From NCBI GenBank assembly GCA_951406725.2, contig OX597814.1:184202001-184266000 (forward strand): a stretch of DNA of 64,000 bases, read 5' to 3'. Made by a program: the position numbers and the translations under genes. Of this stretch, positions 13,664 to 29,394 are shown piece after piece; positions within the stretch are counted from its first letter, which is position 1; the number at the start of each line of letters is the position of its first letter. Under the pieces are notes generated by a model, which ran no database searches, had not been told where the DNA came from, and was given only the letters and a program-made list of their open reading frames with translations. The DNA is from Octopus vulgaris. Taxonomy: Eukaryota.

Positions 13664-13831
13664 AAGAGAGAGAGAGAAAAAAGACATAGATGGAGGGAGA
13701 TAAACCAACGTTTGCATGTATATACATGTACCTCTATATATATTTCCATATACGTATATAACACACACACACAACCATATATGTGTGTGCATGTGTGTAT
13801 GTGTATGCTAGTGCCTACATATATAGACGAG

Positions 13832-13873
<42 letters not shown>

Positions 13874-13942
13874 GTATGTGTGTGTATATATACACACATA
13901 TGCACACACTCATATATGCTTTGGAAGTCGTTATTATTATTA

Positions 13943-13976
<34 letters not shown>

Positions 13977-13980
13977 CATT
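13540..13980. repeat. (CA)n, (TA)n, (GA)n and (TAT)n microsatellite cluster
   Basis: Directly visible. Confidence 0.9.
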
Positions 13981-14459
13981 ACAATGATTACGATAAGAGA
14001 AAGTTAAAAAGAATGAGGCAAGAACAGCAACAACAGGAATAATAACGATAGCAATAACAAAATCAAAACAATACCAATAAAAATATATAACAATATATAT
14101 AACATTAGGAAAAAAAAATGAAAAACAAACCAAGAAATAAGATTAGTAATATGTGGGTGGGTTTGAAATAAAAAAGTTGTTTTTTTTTTTTTTTGCAATG
14201 ATGGTCTCAATAATTAACAAAGTGAGATTCTTTTGAAGTTGGACAACGTCCTATTTTTTTTGACTAGACATAAACAGCAGTTATTGTCCAGTTGCATTCA
14301 GACTGGTTCTTCCATATCGATTGACTCAATTATGAAGACAGAGATAAATGATCGACAGAAAGCGATACATACCTACAGCTTCCAGTAGGATGAAAAAGAA
14401 ATTGATGCGCGGACACGAACCCACAAGCACATAACACGCACGTAGGATATTCGAATACA

Positions 14460-15520
<1,061 letters not shown>

Positions 15521-16021
15521 TAAACGTACTTACACATCATACAAACAGACAGACACAGATGTAGCTATACTGATGCAGTATTACACGTATATGCATGCGC
15601 GCCCACATAAGAAGATACACAAACACCGATATAACGTTATACAACCTATTTGTTATCATATGCTATATAAATGTGAGTGTGTATATCTATGTATGTGCGT
15701 CGCACAGAAAATATGGCGTTATTCTCGTTTTATCAATTTCTAATATTCTTTTTCTTTTTCGTATGAATTCTTTGCAATTTGTTTGGAAGAAAATGGTTGT
15801 TACTTCGAAGAGCATTTAGATTCTCTTCTTACAAAGATAAAGAAATTTTCCAAATAAAAGAAATAGTAATCAACAACGGCTTTTCTAAGAAAACTAAGAG
15901 AAAATTCCAGATAAGAATATAGACATAAATACTTCAGACGCAATAGTTATTAAAACTACAGAAACCATACATAAACTACTTTACAAGGATTATATGTATA
16001 TTACGTAAAAAAAAAAATGAA

Positions 16022-16550
16022 GTTACTCTTTCTTCCTCCCGTAAAGTTGGCCTATACATTGGGCAGCAAGATGTCTCCCAGTTTTGAGTATAGTCAACTG
16101 CATCTTCCCAAGTAATGTGACTTCGGATCTTGTTAAGAGGCAGCAAGCCATTAGTCCTAGTGGCTCCCTTTTTCTCTCTCTCTTCAGCCTTCTGCTGGTA
16201 CCCATTTTATAGCTGTCGTGGTTATTCGTCCTTCTGGCAAACATAACCTGCAAGTCTCACTCATCTTTCCATCACAGTATCCTGCAAGCTGTGCAAAGTA
16301 ACCATTCTCAGGACTTCAAAGATTGTGATCTTTGTCCCTGTAGATGATCTTGATTGTACTGCCTAGACACCACTGACATCTAGGCAGTACACTAAAACTC
16401 TGAGTGACTAGGGCATGAATTTTCCAAGCTTCCCCTGCACAGACTTCTATTGGCAGGAGAGTGTTCAGGAGCAGCAATATCTTCATACAGTTGCTAAACG
16501 ACGTGCTGGCCCTTGTCTTGTACATTCCTCTAAACCATGACGGGGTACGG
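16022..16550 (-). mobile_element. Decayed RTE-clade LINE ORF2 C-terminal fragment
   Basis: LNTLLPIEVCAGEAWK..CLGSTIKIIYRD..KRERKREP matches the RTE pattern PVLLYG.EAW..CLR.IL.I.W.D..KR.RGRP. Confidence 0.7.
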
Positions 16551-16859
16551 TAGATTTTGAGAAGATATGGACTCACAATCAAAATTTCATAAAACAAAAT
16601 ACAACATGCAGCAGGCCAAACTATAAATAATATACTACAAAAATATCGACATTTAAAACCTTCCTATTTATGACTAACCACAAAACTGGAAATCCTACAG
16701 GGTACTAATGATCAAATTTACAAATTTGATTTCATATGTGAAATCTCACTGCAGAGCAGTGATTGTATCCCTTCTATACATTTGTGTGCACGTGTATGTA
16801 GCTGTTGTGTATACATGTGTGTATGGTTTATGCATGGAGCATACAATTCTTACTAAACA

Positions 16860-16952
16860 AATGGTCGTCAATTTCCCGCAGTAAAATATGGAATTTAGAG
16901 AATTTAGAATTGATAACACAGTGTATAACACCAAGAAAGCATTCCGATATCT

Positions 16953-16993
<41 letters not shown>

Positions 16994-17330
16994 AAAAACC
17001 CCTCAGATTTTTCTTTTTGGACCGACAGTTATTTAGAATCATCTTATCAATTATTAGTTCGTTTTTGCACCCATATGAGTCCCGATTCTCTTCATTTCGT
17101 TCTTGTAGAATAATTCTGGCTTGGTGAAGCTCTTTGTATATCCGCTCAGTTAGTAAAGATATTAGGAGTTTGTAGGTAGTAATGAGAAAAGTTATTGGCC
17201 TTATAGCATTTTGGGTTTTTGTTTCAGCTGTTTTGGGGAGAAGGGATGTTGTGCTTTCAATCACCCTGCTCGGAGTTTCGTTCAGGCTTTGCACTATAGA
17301 TCTAATTTCATTAGCAACTTTATGTATCTC
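16860..17330 (-). mobile_element. R4/Dong-clade non-LTR RT fragment interrupted by (CA)n
   Basis: TSLLPKTAET..IRPITFLITTYKLLISLL..SYGCKNELIIDKMILNNCRSKKKNL is the R4/Dong RT domain 1-2 signature. Confidence 0.8.
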
Positions 17331-17422
17331 TGTAAATACGGAATTTTATTTATTACAGGTGATTTACATGCATCTTAAGAAATGCCGTATTATTATTATC
17401 ATTATTATCATCATCATCATCA

Positions 17423-17638
17423 AAGGCGGTGAACTGGTAGAATCGTTGGCATGCTGGGCGAAATGCTTAGCGGTTTTTCGTCTGCCCCTCTGTTCTGAGT
17501 TCAAATTACGCCGAGTTCAACTTTGTTTTACATCCTTTCAGGGACGCTGGAATAAGTACTTGATGAGTACTGGGGTCGATGTAATCGACCATCTTCCTTC
17601 CCCAAATTTAAGGCCTTGTACCTATAGTACAAAGGATG

Positions 17639-17679
<41 letters not shown>

Positions 17680-17940
17680 CATTATTATTATTATCATCAA
17701 AGACGGTAAGCTGGAAGAATAGTTAGCACGCTGGGCGAAATGATTAGCGATATTTGGCCCATCGCCACGTTCTATGTTCAATTTTCGCCGAGGTCGACTT
17801 TGCCTTTCATCCTTTCGGGGTCGATAAATTAAATACTATTGAAACACTGTTGGGGGAAACAATTTTGGGGGAGGAGATTAGTCGATTACATCGACCAATT
17901 TCCTCCCCAAAATTTCACGCCTTGTGCCTTTATCAGAAAA
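17423..17940 (+). mobile_element. Two SINE family A copies with (TAT)n tails (17423-17635, 17701-17940)
   Basis: GGCGGTGAACTGGTAGAATCGTT.. and GACGGTAAGCTGGAAGAATAGTTAGCACG.. with the SINE A core. Confidence 0.85.
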
Positions 17941-17941
17941 G

Positions 17942-18001
<60 letters not shown>

Positions 18002-18006
18002 ATTAA

Positions 18007-18037
<31 letters not shown>

Positions 18038-18070
18038 ATTAATATTATTATTATTATTATTATTATTATT
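17941..18070. repeat. (TAT)n microsatellite
   Basis: Directly visible. Confidence 0.95.
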
Positions 18071-18480
18071 GAGTGAGAGAGCAGTGCATGCCATCAAAGA
18101 GACACTGGGGTAAAATATACGAAGCCCAGTATACCCATCATGACTACCCGTTTGATAAGGGTACACTTATAAGGGAACATATCATATGCCTTCATATAGT
18201 CAATTCAAGCCATTGATAGGCTTTTCAACCTTCTCCGATAGTTCCTCAAAATTGTCTCTCAATCAGCAACCGATCCTTTGTTCCTCATCACTTCTTCCTG
18301 CAGCCTTTCTGTTCATCTACTAGCAGTTCATTTCTTTCAATATGGTCGAACAATTTCTTTCCCATTATTCCATTTAGAAGCTTCCACGTCATAGGCAAAC
18401 AAGTAATCAGGCGATGGTTACTGGCCACGATACCCTTGGCTGAGGCCTTCTGAATGAAAACACTTCTTCCTTTGTAGTAT
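18071..18480 (-). mobile_element. Second R4/Dong-clade fragment: RT piece (18175-18480) joined to a putative 3' end abutting (TAA)n
   Basis: Minus strand GRSVFIQK..NHRLITCLPMTWKLL..EQKGCRK..GTKDRLLI..IDYMKAYD. Confidence 0.8.
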
Positions 18481-18566
18481 TTATTTACTTTTCCAGTATA
18501 ATTCCTTGATGTACAAAAACCTTGAAGGTATTTTTATACTGTAGGATGTGTGTGTGAGAGTGTGCA

Positions 18567-18616
<50 letters not shown>

Positions 18617-19816
18617 GTACACGAGCAATCGTGCGTATTTGTGCGCGGGAGCTTATGTATGGGTGTGGTCCATATATCAAGCATAGATCTTTTCCTCTCA
18701 CAGGTGTATTGCTTATTGTTATTTCAGTTAAATACACGACCTACCCACCGCATATTTTTTACACTATTGATTTCTCTCAAAGTATGTTGTAAAATACAGA
18801 AGCCATTCCATTACTACTAGGAGGACTTTCGGTACGTTTATTTATCCAAGGAGCTCGCTAATTTCAACTTAATGTTTCTATTAAAAGTTTTTGTTTACAC
18901 TTTGTAAAAGCTGGTCTCAAAATCTGAGCCCATTTGGGCCTTTATTTATTTATTCATATATTTTCTTCGTATTTATATTAGGAGGCAAAAAATACGTAGC
19001 TGAGTTTCACCACTCTACTGCCAGTATTCAAAACAATGTGAAAAGCTCGCTCTTAGTTACTTATTTATTTACCCATTCATTTATGTATTTATATACTTTT
19101 TCAGTATTTCTATAGTATTTTTCTTCGCTCCAAATTTCGATAATGCTCTGTGTTGGTTTTTCCAAAAGGATATTCAGATTATTTGTTTCTTTGCGATCAG
19201 TAATACAGTTAGCTGGAGCTTGTAATCATTTACTGTTGTCAGTACTTGTACTGTATTCGATCTCCTCATGAGCATGTATACACACAAACACGCGTTGACA
19301 TATTGATATACACAAGTTATGATCATACGCACACATTCACGCTCACAGAACTACATAGATGTATATCCTTGTAAATGCTTTATGTTCGTGTATGCTAGTG
19401 ATATCTTTCTTTATTAGAAGAAAATGATAATTATTTTTAAGTAACCCGCACTTGCCGAACGACCTGCACAAATGATTTGTTTATAGTGATCGCTTGTTCG
19501 TCCGCACATTCGCCCAACTCTCTCCATGAAATCGACGTTGTCTGAACAGATGCACTCTGTACCACGCATCAGATGTCGCAAAAAATAGCAATAAATGCCT
19601 TGATGCAATACCAGGCAGTGCCTTTTATGATTTCTGATCTCAAGTGATTGGAAGTGTATTCATGTTTTGTCTTGGTGTAAAAGATGGGCTACAGCAAATA
19701 TTCGGCTCAATATCACAGATATGCTTGTCAGTTGCTTGACTTTAACCAGTTGAGCATTCCCTTGGTGGCTGACGATACGTGCATCTCTGATCACGAGCAG
19801 AAGTAGTGGTGGAGCA

Positions 19817-19916
19817 NNNNNNNNNNNNNNNNNNNNNNNNNNNNNNNNNNNNNNNNNNNNNNNNNNNNNNNNNNNNNNNNNNNNNNNNNNNNNNNNNNNN
19901 NNNNNNNNNNNNNNNN
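19817..19916. other. Assembly gap (100 N)
   Basis: N run. Confidence 1.
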
Positions 19917-19924
19917 CAAAATCC

Positions 19925-21023
19925 AAGCCCCCTGCAACAGTCAAACCAGCCACTACACTAACCTCCACATTCCTACTCAATGCACAAGGTGTCAGCCCTT
20001 CCATCAATGCACAAAAATGGAAGGTCCAATTCATTGAAGACTGGGTTGGTAACCATTCACACCACATCCCTTTCTTCATTCTCACTGAGACCCACCTTGA
20101 CAACTCCCACTTGGAAGCCGAAGTGAGAGTGAAGAATTTCACAACCATCCGCGCGGATCGTATCGGCAGGAGGAAGGGTGGAACTGCCATTTTCCTGCAT
20201 GATTCATTTACGGCAGATGGAAATAGTATATTCTCCAACGGCTACTGTGAATCAGTCACCGTGCACAACAAAGCCAATGACCTGACAGTAATTGGGCTCT
20301 ATAGGCCGCCCCAAACACCCATACTGTGCTTTAAAGAATGCCTCAACAGCATTAAGTGCTTTATTCAACAGTGCCATTCTAGCAACATACTCATGATGGG
20401 AGACTTCAATCTACCCTGTGTTGACTGGACTACAAACTGTTTGAAACCAAGCACTCCCGCCTCAACCGCTGAAGCCCCCTGCAACAGTCAAAACCAGCCA
20501 CTACACTAACCTCCACATTCCTACTCAATGCACAAGGTGTCAGCCCTTCCATCAATGCACAAAAATGGAAGGTCCAATTCATTGAAGACTGGGTTGGTAA
20601 CCATTCACACCACATCCCTTTCTTCATTCTCACTGAGACCCACCTTGACAACTCCCACTTGGAAGCCGAAGTGAGAGTGAAGAATTTCACAACCATCCGC
20701 GCGGATCGTATCGGCAGGAGGAAGGGTGGAACTGCCATTTTCCTGCATGATTCATTTACGGCAGATGGAAATAGTATATTCTCCAATCGGCTACTGTGAA
20801 TCAGGTTACCACCGTGCACAACAAAGCCAATGATCTGACAGTACTTGGGCTCTATAGGCCGCCCCAAACACCCATACTGTGCTTTAAAGAATGCCTCAAC
20901 AGCATTAAGTGCTTTATTCAACAGTGCCATTCTAGCAACATACTCATGATGGGAGACTTCAATCTACCCTGTGTTGACTGGACTACAAACTGTTTGAAAC
21001 CAAGCACTCCCGCCTCAACCGCT
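19925..21023 (+). repeat. About 547-bp tandem duplication of the endonuclease segment next to the gap
   Basis: AAGCCCCCTGCAACAGTCAAA starts at 19925 and again at 20472; the copies differ by a few indels and substitutions. Confidence 0.9.
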
Positions 21024-23470
21024 GACAAAGAAGCAGCAGAGTCACTTTTCGACTTTACGAATGAGTTTTTCTTGTCCCAACTTGTCCTTGCACCAACAAG
21101 ACATCAGAACATTTTGGACCTAGTGTTTAGTAACCACACTAACACTATACATAACGTTACAGTGGAAAACCCTTCTTTCAGACCATGACATGGTTCTCTG
21201 TAACATGAAATTCCACCAGCCGAAAGCTAATCCTAGTGACCTTCCTCCAGCCCACCCATTTGACAACATGGATCTCCATAAAGCCAACTGGGATGCAATC
21301 AGGAACGAGCTATCAAATGTTGACTGGTCCTTTACACATACACACATCTCCACCAACCATAAAACATCTTGGCAGATCTTTGTAGACACCGTCACAGACA
21401 TATGTGCAAAACACTCCCCACCAAGACCTGTGAACAAAAAGTGCAGAATCCCCCAAAACAGAAAAACCATTATCAGAAAAATAAAAAAAGAACAAACAAA
21501 AAAATTAACAAACTAAAGTACTGCCAACAGCAACACACACATATTCGACGGCTATCGCACTGCTTGAATCCAAAAAATATAACCTCCAACAATGCATGAA
21601 GTCCCTCATCAATAACCAAAGATCAGCTGAGGAGAAGTGGGCCATTGAAAAAATCAAACTCAACCCCAAAGTGTTCTTTTCATTTGCGAGGAAACGCAGG
21701 GTCACTGTCTCCACTGTAGGCCCTCTAATTGACGAAACTGGCACTCTCCAAGATAATGCCAAATCCATGGCCGAGATACTGCAGAAACAATACTGCTCTG
21801 TTTTCAGCAATCCTGATATGGCCGATCTGGGCTGTATCAGTGATGTCAACCCCCAACACACTATATCGGACATAACGTTTAGTGCCCCTGATGTCTTAGC
21901 GGCGATAAACGAAATAAAACACAATTCAGCAGTAGGCCCCGATAGGTTCCCTGCTTGTGTCCTGAAGGTGTGTCGACACCAACTTGCATCTCCCCTTGCT
22001 AATCTGTGGAGAAACTCACTGGATGCTGGCTATATTCCAAAAAACCTTCTGTCCCAGTCTGTTGTCCCAGTTTTCAAAAAGGGAAACAAGTCCCTTGCAG
22101 TGAATTACCGTCCGATCTCACTCACCTCTCATATCATCAAGGTATTTGAGAGGGTGGTGAGATCTCAAATAACCCAATTTCTGGAAAGCAACAGACGGCT
22201 GATCTCCAACCAACATGGGTTCCGTAATGGAAGGGACTGCCTAACGCAGCTCCTGCATCACTTTGAGGACATTTTGAGAGCTTTGGGAGAGGGCTCCAAC
22301 ACCGATGTCATCTACCTTGATTTCAGTAAGGCCTTCGACAGGGTCGATCACAAGATCCTATTGAAAAACTATCCAACATTGGTGTCTCTGGAAAGTTACT
22401 GAAATGGATTAAGTGTTTCCTGACAGACAGATCTCAACATGTTGTAGTTGAAGGGGTAAAATCAAGCCCAGCCAAAGTCAGTAGTGGCGTTCCGCAAGGC
22501 ACTGTGCTGGGCCCACTTCTTTTCATCATTTACATTAATGACATTAATGACATCATCAAGCACAGCAACATAAAAATCTTTGCAGATGACTCCAAGCTAC
22601 AGAAGGTCATAAATGAGGCGAGTGACCGGACATGCCTTCAGTCAGATCTACTGGCTGTTATCCAATGGGCAGAAAAAAACAATATGCTGCTGAACGAGGA
22701 TAAATTTGAGCTAATCCACTTTGGAAAAGAGGGATGCCCTGAAACTCCCATACTCCCTTCCTTCAGGTGAAACTCTCGCGGCGTCCAACAACATCAGAGA
22801 CTTGGGAGTAATTGTGGACAACAACGTAAGCTGGGCCACTCATATAAACACCAAAGTTGACATGGCCCGCAAAATGTGTTCCTGGATTCTCAGAACTTTC
22901 CAGTCGAGAGATATCCACACCATTATCCTTCTCTTCTCCACTTTTGCCCGACCCCACCTTGAATACTGTTGTCCACTGTGGTCTCCCCACACAATACAAG
23001 GTATCAAAAAGTCGAAGCACCTCAAAGGGCAATCACAAAAAAGATAGATGGCATGACAGGCCTCGACTATTGGGGTCGACTAGAAAAGCTAAAACTCTAT
23101 TCTCTCCAACGTCGTCGTGAGCGCTACATCATCTGCATGATGTGGAAAATATTCCATCAGCATTGCCCAAATGATGTTGGCATCACCTTTAAGGTACATC
23201 CAAGGCTTGGGCCCCCGTGCCATCCGCCCAAAACAAAAATCGCACTCTCATCTCATAACAACAATACGGCACAATTATTTCACCTCAATTGGCCCCGCTC
23301 TCTTTAACATTACACCAAAACACATTAAAACAGAAACTGACCCGTACAGGGTTCAAGAAGTCTTTGGACAGATTCCTTCAAGAAATCCCGGATAAAACCC
23401 CCACACCCGGATATGTCTCTGTAAACAATAACTCTCTACTTGAGTGGGCCATAGTGCCCAAATTCTGACT
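20510..23470 (+). pseudogene. LINE ORF2 (endonuclease-RT), split by several single-base frameshifts
   Basis: Consecutive ORF-track pieces 20796-21188, 21190-21516, 21596-22402, 22504-22770, 22721-23047, 22969-23307 and 23171-23395 join into one protein. Confidence 0.9.
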
Positions 23471-23558
23471 TGAAAGACTTCACCAGGTGGTGCTATTAAG
23501 TTAGACATGGCCTGGGCCAATAATGGCCGAAACCTATCAAAGTATCAAAGTATCAAAG

Positions 23559-26112
<2,554 letters not shown>

Positions 26113-26280
26113 CACGACGGGCTTCTTTCAGTTTACATCTACCAAATCTAATCACAAGGCTTTGGTTGGCCGGAATCTATAGTTGAAAACACTTACCCAA
26201 GGTGCCACGCAGTGGGACTGAACCTAGAACTATGTAATAGTTAGAAAGCAAGATCCATACCACACTGCCACATCTACGTC
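26113..26280 (-). mobile_element. SINE family B, 5' half
   Basis: CGACGGGCTTCTTTCAGTTT..CCCAAGGTGCCACGCAGTGGGACTGAACC. Confidence 0.85.
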
Positions 26281-26297
26281 TATATATACATACGTAG

Positions 26298-26528
26298 GGC
26301 GGCGAGCTGGCAGAAACGTTAGCGAGCCGGGCGAAATGCTTAACGGTATTTCGTCTGTCGTTACGTTGTGAGTTCAAATTCCGCCGAGGTCGACTTTGCC
26401 TTTCACCCTTTTGGGGTCGATAAATTAAGTACCAGTTACGCACTGAGGTCGATATAATCGACTTAATCCCTTTGTCTGTCCTTCTTTGTCCTCTCTGTGT
26501 TTAGCCACTTGTGGATAGTAAAGAAATA
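26298..26528 (+). mobile_element. SINE family A monomer
   Basis: GGCGGCGAGCTGGCAGAAACGTTAGC..GTAAAGAAATA. Confidence 0.9.
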
Positions 26529-28470
26529 TACATATACATATATATACATACATGTGTATGTGTAGGTCCATATCAAGTTCATGTCTACTTCACAGCATGC
26601 ATGACAGTATATATAGTCACAAGTTTGTAATTGTTGGGTTATGAAAAACTTTAGTTAAGACTTCTCAATCATTTATTCATTGATGTATCGTCTTTGTAAG
26701 CTAGTTTGTGGTTACATGTGCGCGATCTAAGTATACTTTTTACGAATACACACTCTGTTTTACTATTGCTATCATATTATGTCACAGTGTTTTCAAATTC
26801 ACGCACTGTAATCAGACAGTAGTAACTGTATTTTTATAAATTTTTGAGCTTGATTTTTTATGCAGTTTTCTAATTGCCAATTTGACAACCACTTATGTAC
26901 GAAACTGTAAGTCATCATTAATTCTACTAAACGTCTCCGTTAATAATCGTACTAATATGCGTGTCTATGCATTGCTGTGTGTACCTATTCGCGTGTATAT
27001 ATGTGTGTATGTGTGTATGATCATGCATATGTTTATGTGTGCTGATGTGTGTGTGTGAAAGAGTGTGCGTGACCGTGCATGTTCCTGCGCTTATTCTTAA
27101 TTATATTTAAATATCTTCGAATTTTCTCAAATTCCACTTTTGAATGCAATTCCCTGGTTAGAAATAATTATACAAAGACGACAAAGACGACTTCTTATTA
27201 GTCAGGGGAACTTAATAATATTTGGTTTTCAAAATAAAGCATGAGCAAGAAAACTGTTATAAATATTGCTGGAATCCATATCCCGATATCGAGACGTCTT
27301 ATCTTGATTAAAATACGGTCTTAAATCTAGCAAATTATTTGGACAAATATAGTCCTAGACATACTGGTGCATCGTCTTTGTTTAATAAGTGTAAATAATT
27401 TCCAGCAAGAAAATATAACACAAAAATTGTTTTCATGAAGGCCAAACTTATTTGCCTGTTAATCAATCAAATGCCATAATTTTCAGAAAATGAACTAATT
27501 AAATGAATAAGAAAACGACGTATAATTTAAAACTCTAATGGAATATTACTGATTTTTTCTCAGCCTATTTATATTAGATGGCACCATTTGTATTGATAGC
27601 TCAATCATTTAGTCATAAATTCCTTCAGTAAATGAATCCAGAGTTGAAAATACAATACTAATGAATCAAAACTGCAAATGGGTTATTAAATGCTAGCTTT
27701 TATAAAATGCTTTACTTACTTTTAGCGCTATAGGAAAATATTAGCACACGATTGAAAGTAAACAAGTTGCAAGAGACAAACTCTCAAATGCTGAAAGCTA
27801 ACAAAGGTTTATAAAGGTCAGACATCAGGTTTATGGGACAACCAGTTGTATGAAGGTTCGTTACAAAACTTGCGTGTATCTGTGTAACTAAGAATGAATG
27901 TATTTGGCTATGTGTATTCCTCATATCTTCCCTTTCTGTTTCTCCGTGTTTGTATGTGTTTGCGAGAGGTAGGTCCAACTGTGAGCGTGTCACTTGTTTA
28001 CATAGAATAGATGCCCGTACGTGTTTAAACACCGCAGAGAGGCTTTATATCTCTAACTAATATGTTTATAGTTATATCGATGTATATAGATAAATATAAG
28101 ATGTGTTAGGGCAAATTTTTTTTATATATATAGCTCCGGGAAATATTCAGATTTCTCAGATCGGTGTTTATTCTAGTGTAAACAATCAAGCATCTACACA
28201 CAGACACACCAGAGATACATACGCGAGTGTATGTGTAAATTTGCTCGTCCGCGTGTAGGTGTGTTTGTAGTAACTAGACATTCATAAATATATCTAAGGG
28301 TACATGCGAATTTCGTTTGATCGTAGCATTTATTATTTTGGTATGATCTGAAACTAATATAAAATTACTTTAGTTAGGGCAATAAAAAATAGGTACGTGA
28401 AATAAGCGAAAAATTATGAATTACTAATCTATGTATATATATAAACATGCATATATATATATATATATAT

Positions 28471-28624
28471 AAATGGAGTTAAACGCAGGTGTTATTTCTT
28501 TCTTTCCCTGATGAAATTACATTGTTTTACACCATTTTATTCCTTTGGAATAATACCAATGTTATCTTCGAAACATGTGTCGGAAGTAAAAGAATTTGAA
28601 TAACATCTGCGTTTAACTCCATTT
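28471..28624 (+). mobile_element. 154-bp fold-back element: 26-bp terminal inverted repeats enclosing a hammerhead motif
   Basis: AAATGGAGTTAAACGCAGGTGTTATT (28471-28496) vs AATAACATCTGCGTTTAACTCCATTT (28599-28624), one G-U wobble; abuts (TA)n. Confidence 0.8.
28503..28586 (+). ncRNA. Type I hammerhead motif (base of stem II shortened)
   Basis: UUUCC/GGAAG stem I; CUGAUGA; ACAUUG/CAAUGU; GAAA; ACAUGUGU; GUC. Lacks about 3 nt of GAAG present in the 5045 copy. Confidence 0.65.
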
Positions 28625-28639
28625 GTGTGTGCGTGGTTT

Positions 28640-28887
28640 GAGATTATGTCATCGTGTCTCTGTATTTATATGGTATTTGTCCCCAACTCCGCAACCATTG
28701 CTTTACCAGTTTTGTTAATTTCTCTACATCCCCGTATCCTACCGGATCGGCAAAAGAGAACGATAGGGGGAGTAATAAACATGATAAAAATATAACTTGT
28801 GGGATCGATGTTTTCGACCAATCCTTTCGAAGCTTTGTCCTATCATGGCCGTAATACAATGACTGAAACAAGTAAAAGATAAAAGAC
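28640..28887 (+). mobile_element. Diverged SINE family B, 3' half
   Basis: ..CATGGCCGTAATACAATGACTGAAACAAGTAAAAGATAAAAGA. Confidence 0.75.
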
Positions 28888-28904
28888 ACACACACATTAC
28901 TTAT

Positions 28905-29347
28905 ACTCTTTTACTTGTTTCAGTTCTTTGACTGCGGCAATGCTGGAGCACCGCCTTTAGTCGAGCAAATCGACCCCAGGACTTATTATTTGTAAACCTA
29001 GTACTTATTTTATCGGTGTATTTTGTCGAACCGCTAAGTTAAAGGAACGTACACACACCAGCATCGGTTGTCAAGCGATGTTGGGGGGGGGGGCAAACAC
29101 AGACACACAAACATATACACACATACATATATATATATGTTCTTTCAACATGTGACCTCGTGAGCACCGCCAGCAATTTTTTTCCTCTGTCTTCCCTTCT
29201 CGGGATCTTTCCTTCTCCTTTGTTTCTGACGAAGAGCTCCGCTCGAAACGTTAAACCCTCCTTCCCTTCTTTCCTGAGCGTCCAATAATACTTTATTTGT
29301 TACACGTCCTCGCGTTGCTGTGTTTTTTTGTGTTTTCTTGTTTGGAT

Positions 29348-29394
<47 letters not shown>

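Larger units (their letters stand above)
19917..23558 (+). mobile_element. Young LINE (CR1/L2 group): APE endonuclease + reverse transcriptase, 3' UTR and (GTATCAAA)n tail
   Basis: LLNAQG, LTETHL, RADR..GGTAIF, GLYRPP, MGDFNLP, ILDLVF, SDH (APE); PVFKKG..NYRPISLTS, QHGFR, YLDFSKAFDRVDH, GVPQGTVLGPLLF, FADD, RDLGV, RPHLEYC (RT); tail CTATCAAA-GTATCAAA-GTATCAAA then (TA)n. Confidence 0.95.

Noticed and set aside
19925-20471. Apparent duplicated endonuclease domain
   Set aside because: Near-identical copy adjoining an N gap; most likely an assembly overlap rather than a two-endonuclease LINE
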